A DNA stretch of 64,000 bases from a virus. Taxonomy: Duplodnaviria > Heunggongvirae > Uroviricota > Caudoviricetes. The notes beneath the pieces were generated by a model. It had not been told where the DNA came from. It ran no database searches and saw nothing but the letters and a program-made list of their open reading frames with translations. Below are positions 7,861 to 15,718 of this stretch, in pieces (within the stretch, counting starts at the first letter, position 1; every line of letters begins with the position of its first letter). The stretch is taken from the IMG/VR virus record IMGVR_UViG_3300012346_000380, positions 1-64,000 of that record; one strand, given 5' to 3'. Made by a program: the position numbers and the translations under genes.

Positions 7861-8015
7861 AGTCAGGACAGGATTCGAACCTGTATTGTAATTATACTCC
7901 TCTTTGTGTTAGCAGTCAGAGTTTCGCCTACAGTCATTGGGTGCTAACCTTTCGGACCCAACCGCGTCTACCATGAAAGGACCTTTAATATTCCTAACTA
8001 TTCCGCCACCTGACT
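7861..8015 (-). ncRNA. tRNA-like RNA module 2: the T-arm plus acceptor 3' strand are at 7861-7884, and the matching AGTCAGG 5' strand is about 150 nt upstream at 8009-8015
   Basis: The minus-sense 3' end is ACAGGTTCGAATCCTGTCCTGACT-ACTCTAC. The complementary AGTCAGG lies at 8009-8015. The intervening RNA contains GCGGTTGGGTCCGAAAGGTTAGCA, which resembles the Y-RNA 5' GGUCCGA motif. The fold is unresolved by eye. Confidence 0.3.
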
Positions 8016-8672
8016 TCAATTTACTAATCTGGGTCTTTCATGTAGCTTACCGAGTTATCAGTTACGGAGCTTGTACATGAGCAGGGTTTCTGATTGAGTG
8101 CAATAAGTGACGCCTTCCTACTGTAAACCCTTTTTCGGAAATTAATACACTCTACCTCTCAATTAACAGCAAGCATTAGTAAATTGTTTAGCACCCTCTT
8201 TCTTATATGACTATTTCTTACAGTTTACGCCCATATAAGAGTAGGGTCACGTAGTTTTCAATTTGGCAGTTCCTCTCTGCACCCATTTGTTAAGTTTAAT
8301 TATTGCTACTTGCTGAGAACTCATTTGTGTTGATAAGAACGTTGTCTTACTCTTTTATAGCATCACTTTCTCAAGGTGACAACACATCTACCATTACTGA
8401 TAGTATCTTTATGTAAATTATACTTAATATTTATAGACGATAAGTTAAACGTCGGCAATAATTTACAAAGGTATTCAATGTTTAACCTATTAACAATTAT
8501 CGACTACAAGGTTAATTGTTTTGTGTGAGCTTTTAGCACACTACCTGCCAGTTTATACATAGGAACCGAAACCTTAAACCTAGTCTGACCTGCCAGACAG
8601 TACAAGTCGATATTAATTTCACGTGTCGTTTTGTAGTAGGTTCTTTTGTTATATCTTAAACCTTTAAAAAGT

Positions 8673-9254
8673 TTAAAGTATTGTGTCTTTATATCCTTGT
8701 TTCCAATCTAACCACGGTTCATCGATTGCTTTTAATAATGACAGATATTTCCAATGCATAAACAATTTACGCTCGTTCCAATCTTCATATTTTTTAATTA
8801 AAAGATCTTGCTTATCCATTTCAGTTTTATAGAAATCTGCTCTTTTTGAAAGTTTAGTAAAGCGATCATCTAATTTTGCAAGTCTTTTTACAGCATTTTC
8901 AGTTGAGAGTCCTTGCATTGATAATGAAACTATCAATTCTTTTAGATTAACAATCATGTCAATCATAGAATTCAATTTCGGTACTAATGAATTGTAAGAA
9001 GTTTTTGCAGATTCCTTTGATCTTTTAAAACTATTATAATTCTCTTGCAATTCTTTGTCAGCTAGATCTTCATGAATTAATGTAGTAACATCAATGCCAT
9101 ACATTTGATCGAACTGTTCTCCGGCTGGAATCGGTGCTAACATAGCCATTCCTGCAATTTCTTCGTTTTTAGTTTCATTTAAAACTGCAACGTAACAATT
9201 ACCTTTTTGAGTTTCTAAAAGCTCTTTAACTTGTTTTTGTGTGTATAATTTCAT
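8673..9254 (-). CDS. hypothetical protein
   Basis: ORF track. No motif recognised. Confidence 0.5.
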   Translation of the reverse strand: MKLYTQKQVKELLETQKGNCYVAVLNETKNEEIAGMAMLAPIPAGEQFDQMYGIDVTTLIHEDLADKELQENYNSFKRSKESAKTSYNSLVPKLNSMIDMIVNLKELIVSLSMQGLSTENAVKRLAKLDDRFTKLSKRADFYKTEMDKQDLLIKKYEDWNERKLFMHWKYLSLLKAIDEPWLDWKQGYKDTIL

Positions 9255-9258
9255 AATT

Positions 9259-9570
9259 TTATTTATAATGTGTTTCGTACCAAGTTAATGTATCTCCTAC
9301 ATTAAATTCCATGAACTCTTTTAATTCAACTTCTTGTAATTCTCCGGATTCAAATAGTATATAGTAATTAGTTCTAAATTCTCCAAATCTATTAATAGAC
9401 TCCTGTTCAGATTGTTTTGCAACTACTACGCCTTGGACTTCAATTGTTTCAGAATTTTCTATTTTTTTTTCATCAAAATAATTATATGTAAAACAAATTA
9501 AAATAGTACCGATAATTGCAGCAATAAAAATGCTTAGTATTTCCCGTTCGATAGTATTTAATTTTTTCAT
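9259..9570 (-). CDS. hypothetical membrane-anchored protein (N-terminal TM helix)
   Basis: ORF track. The hydrophobic segment LSIFIAAIIGTILICF indicates a TM helix. Confidence 0.5.
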   Translation of the reverse strand: MKKLNTIEREILSIFIAAIIGTILICFTYNYFDEKKIENSETIEVQGVVVAKQSEQESINRFGEFRTNYYILFESGELQEVELKEFMEFNVGDTLTWYETHYK

Positions 9571-9571
9571 T

Positions 9572-9829
9572 TTATTTTGAGTAATTTCTGTCTAATAAAT
9601 CATTCCAGGTTAGAGTTCCTATCAATGATGGAATATGCATCGATTCTGTAAAGAATTCCCAATCTCCATCAAAATTTGTGAATTGTATTTGATAACATTC
9701 CAATGTTTCATTGACTGTAATCATACATTTTTCATTGGCCCATTTATTTTCACTTACGTTTTTAAATCCATTTCTTTCTAATAAAGAACCTACGATTTGT
9801 GAACTTTTTAATCTTTGATTACTATTCAT
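9572..9829 (-). CDS. hypothetical protein (start moved to the internal ATG MNSNQRL)
   Basis: The track ORF 9572..9901 would overlap a small TM ORF in another frame. The internal ATG at 9827-9829 overlaps that ORF's stop (ATGAATAG). Confidence 0.4.
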   Translation of the reverse strand: MNSNQRLKSSQIVGSLLERNGFKNVSENKWANEKCMITVNETLECYQIQFTNFDGDWEFFTESMHIPSLIGTLTWNDLLDRNYSK

Positions 9830-9977
9830 AATATTGAGGTTGATTAATTTCGTATATGTCTGCTCTTGTGATTGGTGTATTATTATAAATTCCTTCAGCA
9901 ACTAAAAAACCAAAAGCAAATGCCGCTAATAACAATATCAATATAACTTGATTTGTTTCTTTATCTTTTGTGATCAT
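9822..9977 (-). CDS. small hydrophobic protein, 51 aa (MITKDKETNQVILILLLAAFAFGFLVAEGIYNN..)
   Basis: It is not in the ORF track because it is under 60 aa. The ATG overlaps the stop of the upstream gene (ATGA) and its stop overlaps the next start. It contains one predicted TM helix. Confidence 0.35.
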   Translation of the reverse strand: MITKDKETNQVILILLLAAFAFGFLVAEGIYNNTPITRADIYEINQPQYYE

Positions 9978-10174
9978 TTTTGTAATTTACCGTCAAGAAA
10001 TAATAATGATTCTCCAGCTTCAAATCCTGCAACTTCAATATTACAGTATTCGTTGTTGTAGTCTAATAGATCACAATCTAAAATGCAATACTCGATCTCG
10101 GCTGCATCTAAAAATTGTACAAATTGTTCAGCATCTAGTGTCGCTGCTTTTTCTAAAATTGATTTCGGTGTCAT
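9974..10174 (-). CDS. hypothetical acidic protein
   Basis: ORF track. Confidence 0.45.
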   Translation of the reverse strand: MTPKSILEKAATLDAEQFVQFLDAAEIEYCILDCDLLDYNNEYCNIEVAGFEAGESLLFLDGKLQK

Positions 10175-10184
10175 AATTTTTTGT

Positions 10185-10799
10185 TTAATAATGATTAAGA
10201 ATATCTAATGAGTCTGGATAATATAACAATGTTGGATTTTTCTTTTGAATATCAATGTCTGGATATTTTTCACTGAATGTTTTAACATCAAATCTTTCAG
10301 TAATTAAATGAAATCCATTTTTAGTTGGTATAGTTGTTATAACTTTGTTACCAACTGGTCTAAGATTATCAATGAAATCGCCAACTTCAACTAAAGTTTT
10401 AAAATCTTTAGTATCAATGTCTACAATCCATCTTTTCTCTTGAGTTTTTATTTGTCCAACAACAGAATCAAATAAACCTTTTTGATTATGATTTCCATCT
10501 TGGATCTTTTGAGCTAGAGCAACCATCATATTTAAACTAACATCAAAATGATTTTGCTTTTGCACATGAATATAAGCTCGAGCCTTAAACATCTCACAAA
10601 GTTGAATGATTTCGTCCCAACGTCTCTCTAAATGATCAACGCTTTCAATACAATATGTTTTAATAGTTCTTACTGATTGGTGATTATCTCTTTCGTTTTC
10701 TGGTTGATCTTTTTTACGTTTAAAAACATAAAGCATATAAAAGTCACCTCTCTTTTCGAAGTTCAAGAGTCCTTTGATTTGTTCTAAATTATTTAGCAT
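10185..10799 (-). CDS. hypothetical protein
   Basis: ORF track. Confidence 0.5.
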   Translation of the reverse strand: MLNNLEQIKGLLNFEKRGDFYMLYVFKRKKDQPENERDNHQSVRTIKTYCIESVDHLERRWDEIIQLCEMFKARAYIHVQKQNHFDVSLNMMVALAQKIQDGNHNQKGLFDSVVGQIKTQEKRWIVDIDTKDFKTLVEVGDFIDNLRPVGNKVITTIPTKNGFHLITERFDVKTFSEKYPDIDIQKKNPTLLYYPDSLDILNHY

Positions 10800-10801
10800 A
10801 C

Positions 10802-11017
10802 TTATAATTCTTTAACTGTTAAACGCTTTGCATCTACAACCGTACTTAATTTTTCAAATGCGATACTTGTTGAAGAGTCAGATGCTCTAAAACATAAATA
10901 ATGTTCTCCATCTAATACAATTCCATATTTACAAGATGCTAATTCTGTGATTGCAACATTTGCTTTTACTAAAATTGAATCTATCATTCCGCTAATTTGT
11001 TTTTCTAACTCAGTCAT
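10802..11017 (-). CDS. hypothetical small protein (start at the internal ATG MTELEKQ)
   Basis: The N-terminal 26 residues of the track ORF (..FFVYIYRVIKTIK) are a translation of the conserved promoter element and the terminator region. 'cat' at 11015-11017. Confidence 0.45.
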   Translation of the reverse strand: MTELEKQISGMIDSILVKANVAITELASCKYGIVLDGEHYLCFRASDSSTSIAFEKLSTVVDAKRLTVKEL

Positions 11018-11110
11018 ATTCTTTATTGTTTTAATTACTCTGTAAATATAAACAAAAAAGCCCAAATAAAAAAATATTTGAGCTTTTATTTTCATAAAGT
11101 TACGAACAAT
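11018..11110 (-). promoter_or_regulatory. terminator-promoter cassette copy P5 (hairpin AAGCCCAAAT/ATTTGAGCTT at about 11054-11085, then TGTAAATATA promoter-like box)
   Basis: Near-identical cassettes occur at 18011-18100 and 21492-21589. The hairpin plus T-run in minus sense lies downstream of gene 11111..11377. Confidence 0.5.
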
Positions 11111-11377
11111 TTATTTGTAGTCCTGTAAAAGTCCTCTAATATCTTGTATTTCTTTATAGGTAACTGTTTCGTCTTTTGCTATATTAAAATCTTGCCATTT
11201 GTATGAGATAATATTGTTTTGCACAATAGGCTTCATGTGATGTTGTCGCTTTTTGCAACATGAACATTCACGCATTGGAATTCTAATAGTTTCTCTATTC
11301 GCTGGATGGCCTGTGATTTTAACTTTTTCTTTACTGTATTTCCAAAAATGAAAATTTAAAACGCAAAAGAGTTTCAT
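11111..11377 (-). CDS. hypothetical Cys-rich small protein
   Basis: ORF track. Contains a CSCCKKRQHH motif. Confidence 0.45.
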   Translation of the reverse strand: MKLFCVLNFHFWKYSKEKVKITGHPANRETIRIPMRECSCCKKRQHHMKPIVQNNIISYKWQDFNIAKDETVTYKEIQDIRGLLQDYK

Positions 11378-11391
11378 GATGTTATATTGTT

Positions 11392-11556
11392 TTATTCGTT
11401 GTTTAGATCTTTTTGCCAGGATTTATCCTTTCTATTGTACTTAGCTAAATCTCCGTGATCCTTTGACATCATTTTACGACGAATTATAGCAGCAACGTGT
11501 CTGTCAGTTAATCCGTTTAAAGTTTCGTTAGGTTTTGCTTTCTTTTTATTAGCCAT
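11392..11556 (-). CDS. small basic protein, 54 aa (MANKKKAKPNETLNGLTDRHVAAIIRRKMMSKDHGDLAKYNRKDKSWQKDLNNE)
   Basis: Not in the track (under 60 aa). It is the only ORF filling the 240-nt gap. Its lysine/arginine-rich composition suggests nucleic-acid binding. Confidence 0.3.
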   Translation of the reverse strand: MANKKKAKPNETLNGLTDRHVAAIIRRKMMSKDHGDLAKYNRKDKSWQKDLNNE

Positions 11557-11617
11557 GATTATATGTATTCTTATTTATTACACAAATATACGAATAATAA
11601 TTGAAAGTAAAAAATAT

Positions 11618-12379
11618 TTATGCGTATTTTTTAATGATATATTTTATTAATTCATTTGCGTATAATTGATGTGCTTCAAACGAAGGATGATCGTCATTTA
11701 TATTTGTAATATCACACAATCTTTGTTTAGTTTCAGTTGCAAAATCAAAAAGACTTTTGTAGCCAAACGGCATAAATTGATTTTTGCATAATTTATTACC
11801 TAATGTTATTTTATCTATGTTTTCACATGTAAAAATAAAATTAAAGTCGTGTAACGTAAGATAACTTATAAATCCTATTAATTGTCTTTTTATATCCTGT
11901 TCATAATACACTGGATTATAAAAACCATCGATCCAACTCTGTTTTTTTAATTCAAGTTTATTTAAATCATTTATAGAATGTAAATTTGGACACAACCATT
12001 CATCTATTAAAAATCCGTCTACTAATTTGTTATTTTCATATACAACATACATATTAAAATTATTTTGTAAATCATTAGACCATTCGTTGATTCTAAAAGG
12101 AGATTCATTAAATTGAAATATAAATAAAGTATCGTCTGTTTTATGTGAATCGATATAAGAATAAAAATCTTTAATGATTTTAATAACTCCTGTGCCCGAC
12201 ATAGAAACGTCTATGCTTGTTAAATTAAAATAATTTGAAACTGATTTTGTATAGGACGCATCTCTAGAATTTTTATAATTAATTCCTTGGTTAGCATACC
12301 ATTTTGCTGCTTCTTCGAGGCCTCCACCCGTAGTATACGAACATCCTGCAAAATAAATTTGTTTAAATGGAATTTTCAT
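11618..12379 (-). CDS. hypothetical protein (possible SGNH/GDSL-like hydrolase; weak)
   Basis: ORF track. The N-terminal FAGCSYTTGGG block loosely resembles the Ser-containing block I of SGNH hydrolases. Confidence 0.4.
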   Translation of the reverse strand: MKIPFKQIYFAGCSYTTGGGLEEAAKWYANQGINYKNSRDASYTKSVSNYFNLTSIDVSMSGTGVIKIIKDFYSYIDSHKTDDTLFIFQFNESPFRINEWSNDLQNNFNMYVVYENNKLVDGFLIDEWLCPNLHSINDLNKLELKKQSWIDGFYNPVYYEQDIKRQLIGFISYLTLHDFNFIFTCENIDKITLGNKLCKNQFMPFGYKSLFDFATETKQRLCDITNINDDHPSFEAHQLYANELIKYIIKKYA

Positions 12380-12393
12380 GAATTATATATTAA

Positions 12394-12422
12394 TAAAAAA
12401 ATCCAGGCTTACGGGCCTGGAT
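12394..12422 (-). terminator. intrinsic terminator hairpin (ATCCAGGC-ttacgg-GCCTGGAT) followed by T7 in minus sense
   Basis: A perfect 8-bp GC-rich stem at about 12401-12422 with AAAAAAA at 12394-12400 on the plus strand. It closes the ORF-free segment downstream of the Ro60-like gene. Confidence 0.55.
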
Positions 12423-12429
12423 TAAATTA

Positions 12430-12757
12430 TAGCGGGATCGTTGTTCGTGATTTTCTTCTCGGCAGAATAACCCTCTTTTACGTCTTCGGCAATTGCTTTC
12501 GCGAGCGTCTACTTTACTTCGACCCATCCTACTTACTTCCTAATGGGGTGGTTTGACGTGTAGCTTATTTTTAGTGTTAGCCTTCACTTTGACCGGAAGC
12601 TTCATTTCGTCCATAAGACAATCCACCTTTTACCCAGTCCTCTGTCATAGTTGTTTGTGTACTTTTTGCTGTACCGATCCACCTGGTTCCAATCGTTTGC
12701 TAGTTAAGTGATTGCTTTTTATAGTTTGCTGTAAGGAACCAATTTTCTTTATATATC
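12430..12757 (-). ncRNA. candidate structured ncRNA (possible Y-RNA-like partner of the adjacent Ro60/TROVE protein)
   Basis: About 330 nt with no ORF in any frame. GC is visibly elevated relative to the flanks. It is transcribed co-directionally immediately 3' of the Ro60-like gene and ends at a strong terminator. It contains internal complementary segments (e.g. TGGTTCC ... GGAACCA). Confidence 0.35.
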
Positions 12758-14185
12758 TTAAACAATTGGAGCGTATCTCTCGCTCAAGATTGTTTTGTCC
12801 ATGATTTGCTGTGGAGATTCAATATCTCCTCCAAGTAAACTTGTCATAATTGCTGGTGAGAAACCTGAAACTAATGCAGTTCCTGCTTTGTCAAAAGCAA
12901 CTGGCACTCCACCGTTTCTAGATTGAATATTCCAGTAAACAATTTGAGGCATTTTGTAACCTGAAGACTCATACATGTCGTTAATTACTTGTTGAGCTGT
13001 TGGATTCCATGATGCTTCATTTCTCCATGAGCTAGATCTAACAGCCTGATTAAATTCCATATCTGACAAGATTAGAATTTTGTTTGGCATCTCATCTTGA
13101 GACAATTTATGTTTAGTGGCCTGATCTAAGATCAGCTTGAAGGTCGCCTCGAGATTTGTTGACATTCCCCAATCGGAACATGACATCTGTGCGTAGCGAT
13201 CTTGCAATGAACCACTTAGTACTTGTAACTGTGGAGAGTTTGAAAATGTTATAAATGCATCTTTGAAAGGACCTTCATTTCTTTCAGAAATATAAAGACC
13301 TAAAGAGATTGCAACATCCATACATGTTACAGTTTTACTACCACCTGCTGAGCAAGACATAGAACCTGAAACATCCACCACTGGTAAAATCATATCGTTT
13401 GCTCCTTCTAAATAATTAGGAAGGGCTTTCCATTGTTCGTTTGCTACTTTTGCATTTCCATGAGTTAATGACTTAGTCACGTCATAAGGATAAACTGCAC
13501 CTGCATTAATTTTAGCTTCACCTTTCACTAAAGATTGGATATATGCTGAATAACTTTCGTATGCATTTTTACCGAAAGCTTTTTGGTAACGTGCTGATGC
13601 TACTGATGGTAATTTACCGAATTCGATAGAATCCCATTCTTTAGCACACATTTTAGTTTCAACTACATTAGTCAAATTAACTAAAGTTTTACGGTATTGT
13701 TTTGGAGATAAATCCATGAATTTACGTAACTTTTCAGCATTTTGACCTTTACGTGGCATCCATTTAGCGCATAAACCATTTTCTGCTTTAATAGCATTTT
13801 CGATTATAATCAACGCATCGTTTTCTAAATAAGTTCCAAAAAGAGATAATAAGTCATCGAAACGACCATACTCTGCAATCAAACCTAAATTTGGTTTTAA
13901 GGCTAAATCATGATTTTCAGCTAAGTAAACTAAAATGTCTTTAAAGACTTGACGTTCACCTGCACCACCTCTAACATCTCTTGCCCAAAACAAAAGTTTC
14001 ATAGCACGCTTAGGATCTTCATTGAAAGCTTTTGAAAAAGTTGCGATCAAACGTTGTTTGTCTTGGCCTCTCATTGCTCCAATATTAAAGAATAAGTCAA
14101 CACATGCATTCAATGAAGTTGAATTTGTTGCCATTCCATTTTCTGTTACGATGTCTTCTTGTCTTAAAGCGTCTACTAAGTTCAT
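12758..14185 (-). CDS. Ro60/TROVE-like protein with C-terminal vWA domain (Rsr ortholog candidate)
   Basis: 475 aa. The N-terminal helical region is followed by a vWA MIDAS motif VVDVSGSMS and downstream LILSDMEFN. This is the architecture of the Ro60 (TROVE + vWA) family, whose bacterial and phage members partner with Y RNAs. Confidence 0.5.
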   Translation of the reverse strand: MNLVDALRQEDIVTENGMATNSTSLNACVDLFFNIGAMRGQDKQRLIATFSKAFNEDPKRAMKLLFWARDVRGGAGERQVFKDILVYLAENHDLALKPNLGLIAEYGRFDDLLSLFGTYLENDALIIIENAIKAENGLCAKWMPRKGQNAEKLRKFMDLSPKQYRKTLVNLTNVVETKMCAKEWDSIEFGKLPSVASARYQKAFGKNAYESYSAYIQSLVKGEAKINAGAVYPYDVTKSLTHGNAKVANEQWKALPNYLEGANDMILPVVDVSGSMSCSAGGSKTVTCMDVAISLGLYISERNEGPFKDAFITFSNSPQLQVLSGSLQDRYAQMSCSDWGMSTNLEATFKLILDQATKHKLSQDEMPNKILILSDMEFNQAVRSSSWRNEASWNPTAQQVINDMYESSGYKMPQIVYWNIQSRNGGVPVAFDKAGTALVSGFSPAIMTSLLGGDIESPQQIMDKTILSERYAPIV

Positions 14186-14232
14186 TGTTTTTTGTTTTAG
14201 ATGTTAGTTATATTAGAATAAATCTTAATGTT

Positions 14233-14448
14233 TCATTTTATTTTGTATTTCTTTTTATAAGAATTGACAGTGGATTCAGAGTAACCTACACAAATCTCAT
14301 CAAGTTCCCATTCATTAGGGATTACTGGTTTCCTTTTGGTCGTTGACAGAATGTCGTCTACATTCATATTCTCCAGAATCATGATTTGGTGTTTCTTGCT
14401 TCTGCTCGATACTCGATAAACTATTATTATTCTTGGTTTCTCTGTCAT
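14233..14448 (-). CDS. hypothetical small protein
   Basis: ORF track. Confidence 0.4.
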   Translation of the reverse strand: MTEKPRIIIVYRVSSRSKKHQIMILENMNVDDILSTTKRKPVIPNEWELDEICVGYSESTVNSYKKKYKIK

Positions 14449-14493
14449 GTCTATAATCTACTGGGTCATCCCAATAACAAAATATGTAACTCA

Positions 14494-15093
14494 TTATTTT
14501 TCTAACTCCTCTGTGATGATGCGTTTACCTCTTAAGATACGATTTTTGATAGTTTGCAAAGGCAAATCATATTTGTCTGCAATATCTTCATACTTCATGT
14601 TGTTAAGTAAGCGATCAATTACAATCTCGCGATAAATTGGTTTCAAAGATTGAATAGCCTTTAAAGCTCCAGTGTATTGACTTTGTAATTCTTCATCTTC
14701 ATCAATAAAGTCTTGTTCAGTTTTAGCTTCAGAATCTTCTATCAATTGAGAAATATCTCCACCGATAAAACCTTCATCACCGACTTCAATACCGAATTCA
14801 GCTAATTTATTTAAAGATGTTTTCTTGTTACGTTCGTTAATGTAACCTAAACATTCATTAAATGCAATGCGATATAACCAAGTTGTGATTTGATATTGTG
14901 GATCATATTGATCAATCTTAGTCCACATTTTAGTTAATGTGTTTCCTACAATGTCCTCAGTCGCTTCGCTATCTTTAACAATTTTATTAATATAAGATTT
15001 TAATCCTGGTTTAACTTTACGATAAAGTGCTGTAAAATCCTTTTCTGATTTTGTCTCTAAAAAATTCTCTGTAAGTTCTCTGTAGTTTAACAT
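14494..15093 (-). CDS. sigma-70 family (ECF-type) RNA polymerase sigma factor
   Basis: Region 2 is TEDIVGNTLTKMWTKIDQYDPQYQITTWLYRIAFNECLGYINERNKK. Region 4 HTH is YEDIADKYDLPLQTIKNRILRGKRII. Confidence 0.7.
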   Translation of the reverse strand: MLNYRELTENFLETKSEKDFTALYRKVKPGLKSYINKIVKDSEATEDIVGNTLTKMWTKIDQYDPQYQITTWLYRIAFNECLGYINERNKKTSLNKLAEFGIEVGDEGFIGGDISQLIEDSEAKTEQDFIDEDEELQSQYTGALKAIQSLKPIYREIVIDRLLNNMKYEDIADKYDLPLQTIKNRILRGKRIITEELEK

Positions 15094-15178
15094 ATTTTGT
15101 TTGTGTTTTAATTATAAGTCAAATATACAACTAATATTTGACATAAAAAAATATTTTATGATAAAAAAGCAAAAAACT
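15094..15178 (-). promoter_or_regulatory. conserved promoter/leader element copy P6
   Basis: TTTTAATTATAAGTCAAATATACAAC..TTTGACATAAAAAAATATTTTATG lies upstream of the sigma-factor gene. Confidence 0.5.
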
Positions 15179-15718
15179 TTACTTTTTTTCTACATCTATG
15201 TCCTGAATGTCATCGAATAAAGACATAATAGAACTTAAGGCTTGAGGTTTATAACCCCAGAAGTCGCACGCAACATTAACCATTTTCTTTTTATGGTCTG
15301 TTTTGTATTTTGGGCTAGGATAGCCAAAAAAAGAATAATGTCCTTTGGATTTATTAGGCCATTCTTGTAAAGGCCAATAGGACACCGTAATTTTGTCTGC
15401 TTCAGCTGTAAATATGCCTTCAATTAGTTTTGCATTTGAAGGCATAATTTTACGAGCTTCTATTTCTTCTATCGGTCCGTCAGTTTCTCCAGGTACTATA
15501 ACAATAAGACCATTTAACTTTTGTAAAGTTTCTTCGGCTGTTGTTGGGTCCCATGCAAAATTACCTAAGACATAAACTACGTCTTCTGTATTTACGACTG
15601 AATTCCAATTTTCAATTAAAGTTTCATTCATTTCTTCAACTGAAGCGAATGGTCTTTTAAATTGTTTGATTGCCGAAGGACGGCCAAACTGTAAGTTTCC
15701 TGTTAGAAATAATTTCAT
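15179..15718 (-). CDS. calcineurin-like phosphoesterase homolog with degenerate metal-binding motifs
   Basis: LFLTGNLQFG, VYVLGNFAW and IVIVPGETD sit at the positions of MPP motifs I to III, but with D/H replaced (GNxQ, GN, GETD). It is possibly inactive or divergent. Confidence 0.3.
   Translation of the reverse strand: MKLFLTGNLQFGRPSAIKQFKRPFASVEEMNETLIENWNSVVNTEDVVYVLGNFAWDPTTAEETLQKLNGLIVIVPGETDGPIEEIEARKIMPSNAKLIEGIFTAEADKITVSYWPLQEWPNKSKGHYSFFGYPSPKYKTDHKKKMVNVACDFWGYKPQALSSIMSLFDDIQDIDVEKK

Noticed and set aside
7921-7975. Plus-strand tRNA-like 3' end (..GGACCCAACCGCGTCTACCA) in the ORF-free region
   Set aside because: It ends in CCA, but no acceptor or T-arm pairing could be built around it. 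It is more likely part of the minus-strand structured RNA.
12287-12556. Plus-strand 89-aa ORF spanning the start of gene 11618..12379 and the terminator
   Set aside because: It runs across a hairpin terminator and a gene start on the opposite strand. The region is better explained as a terminator plus structured RNA.
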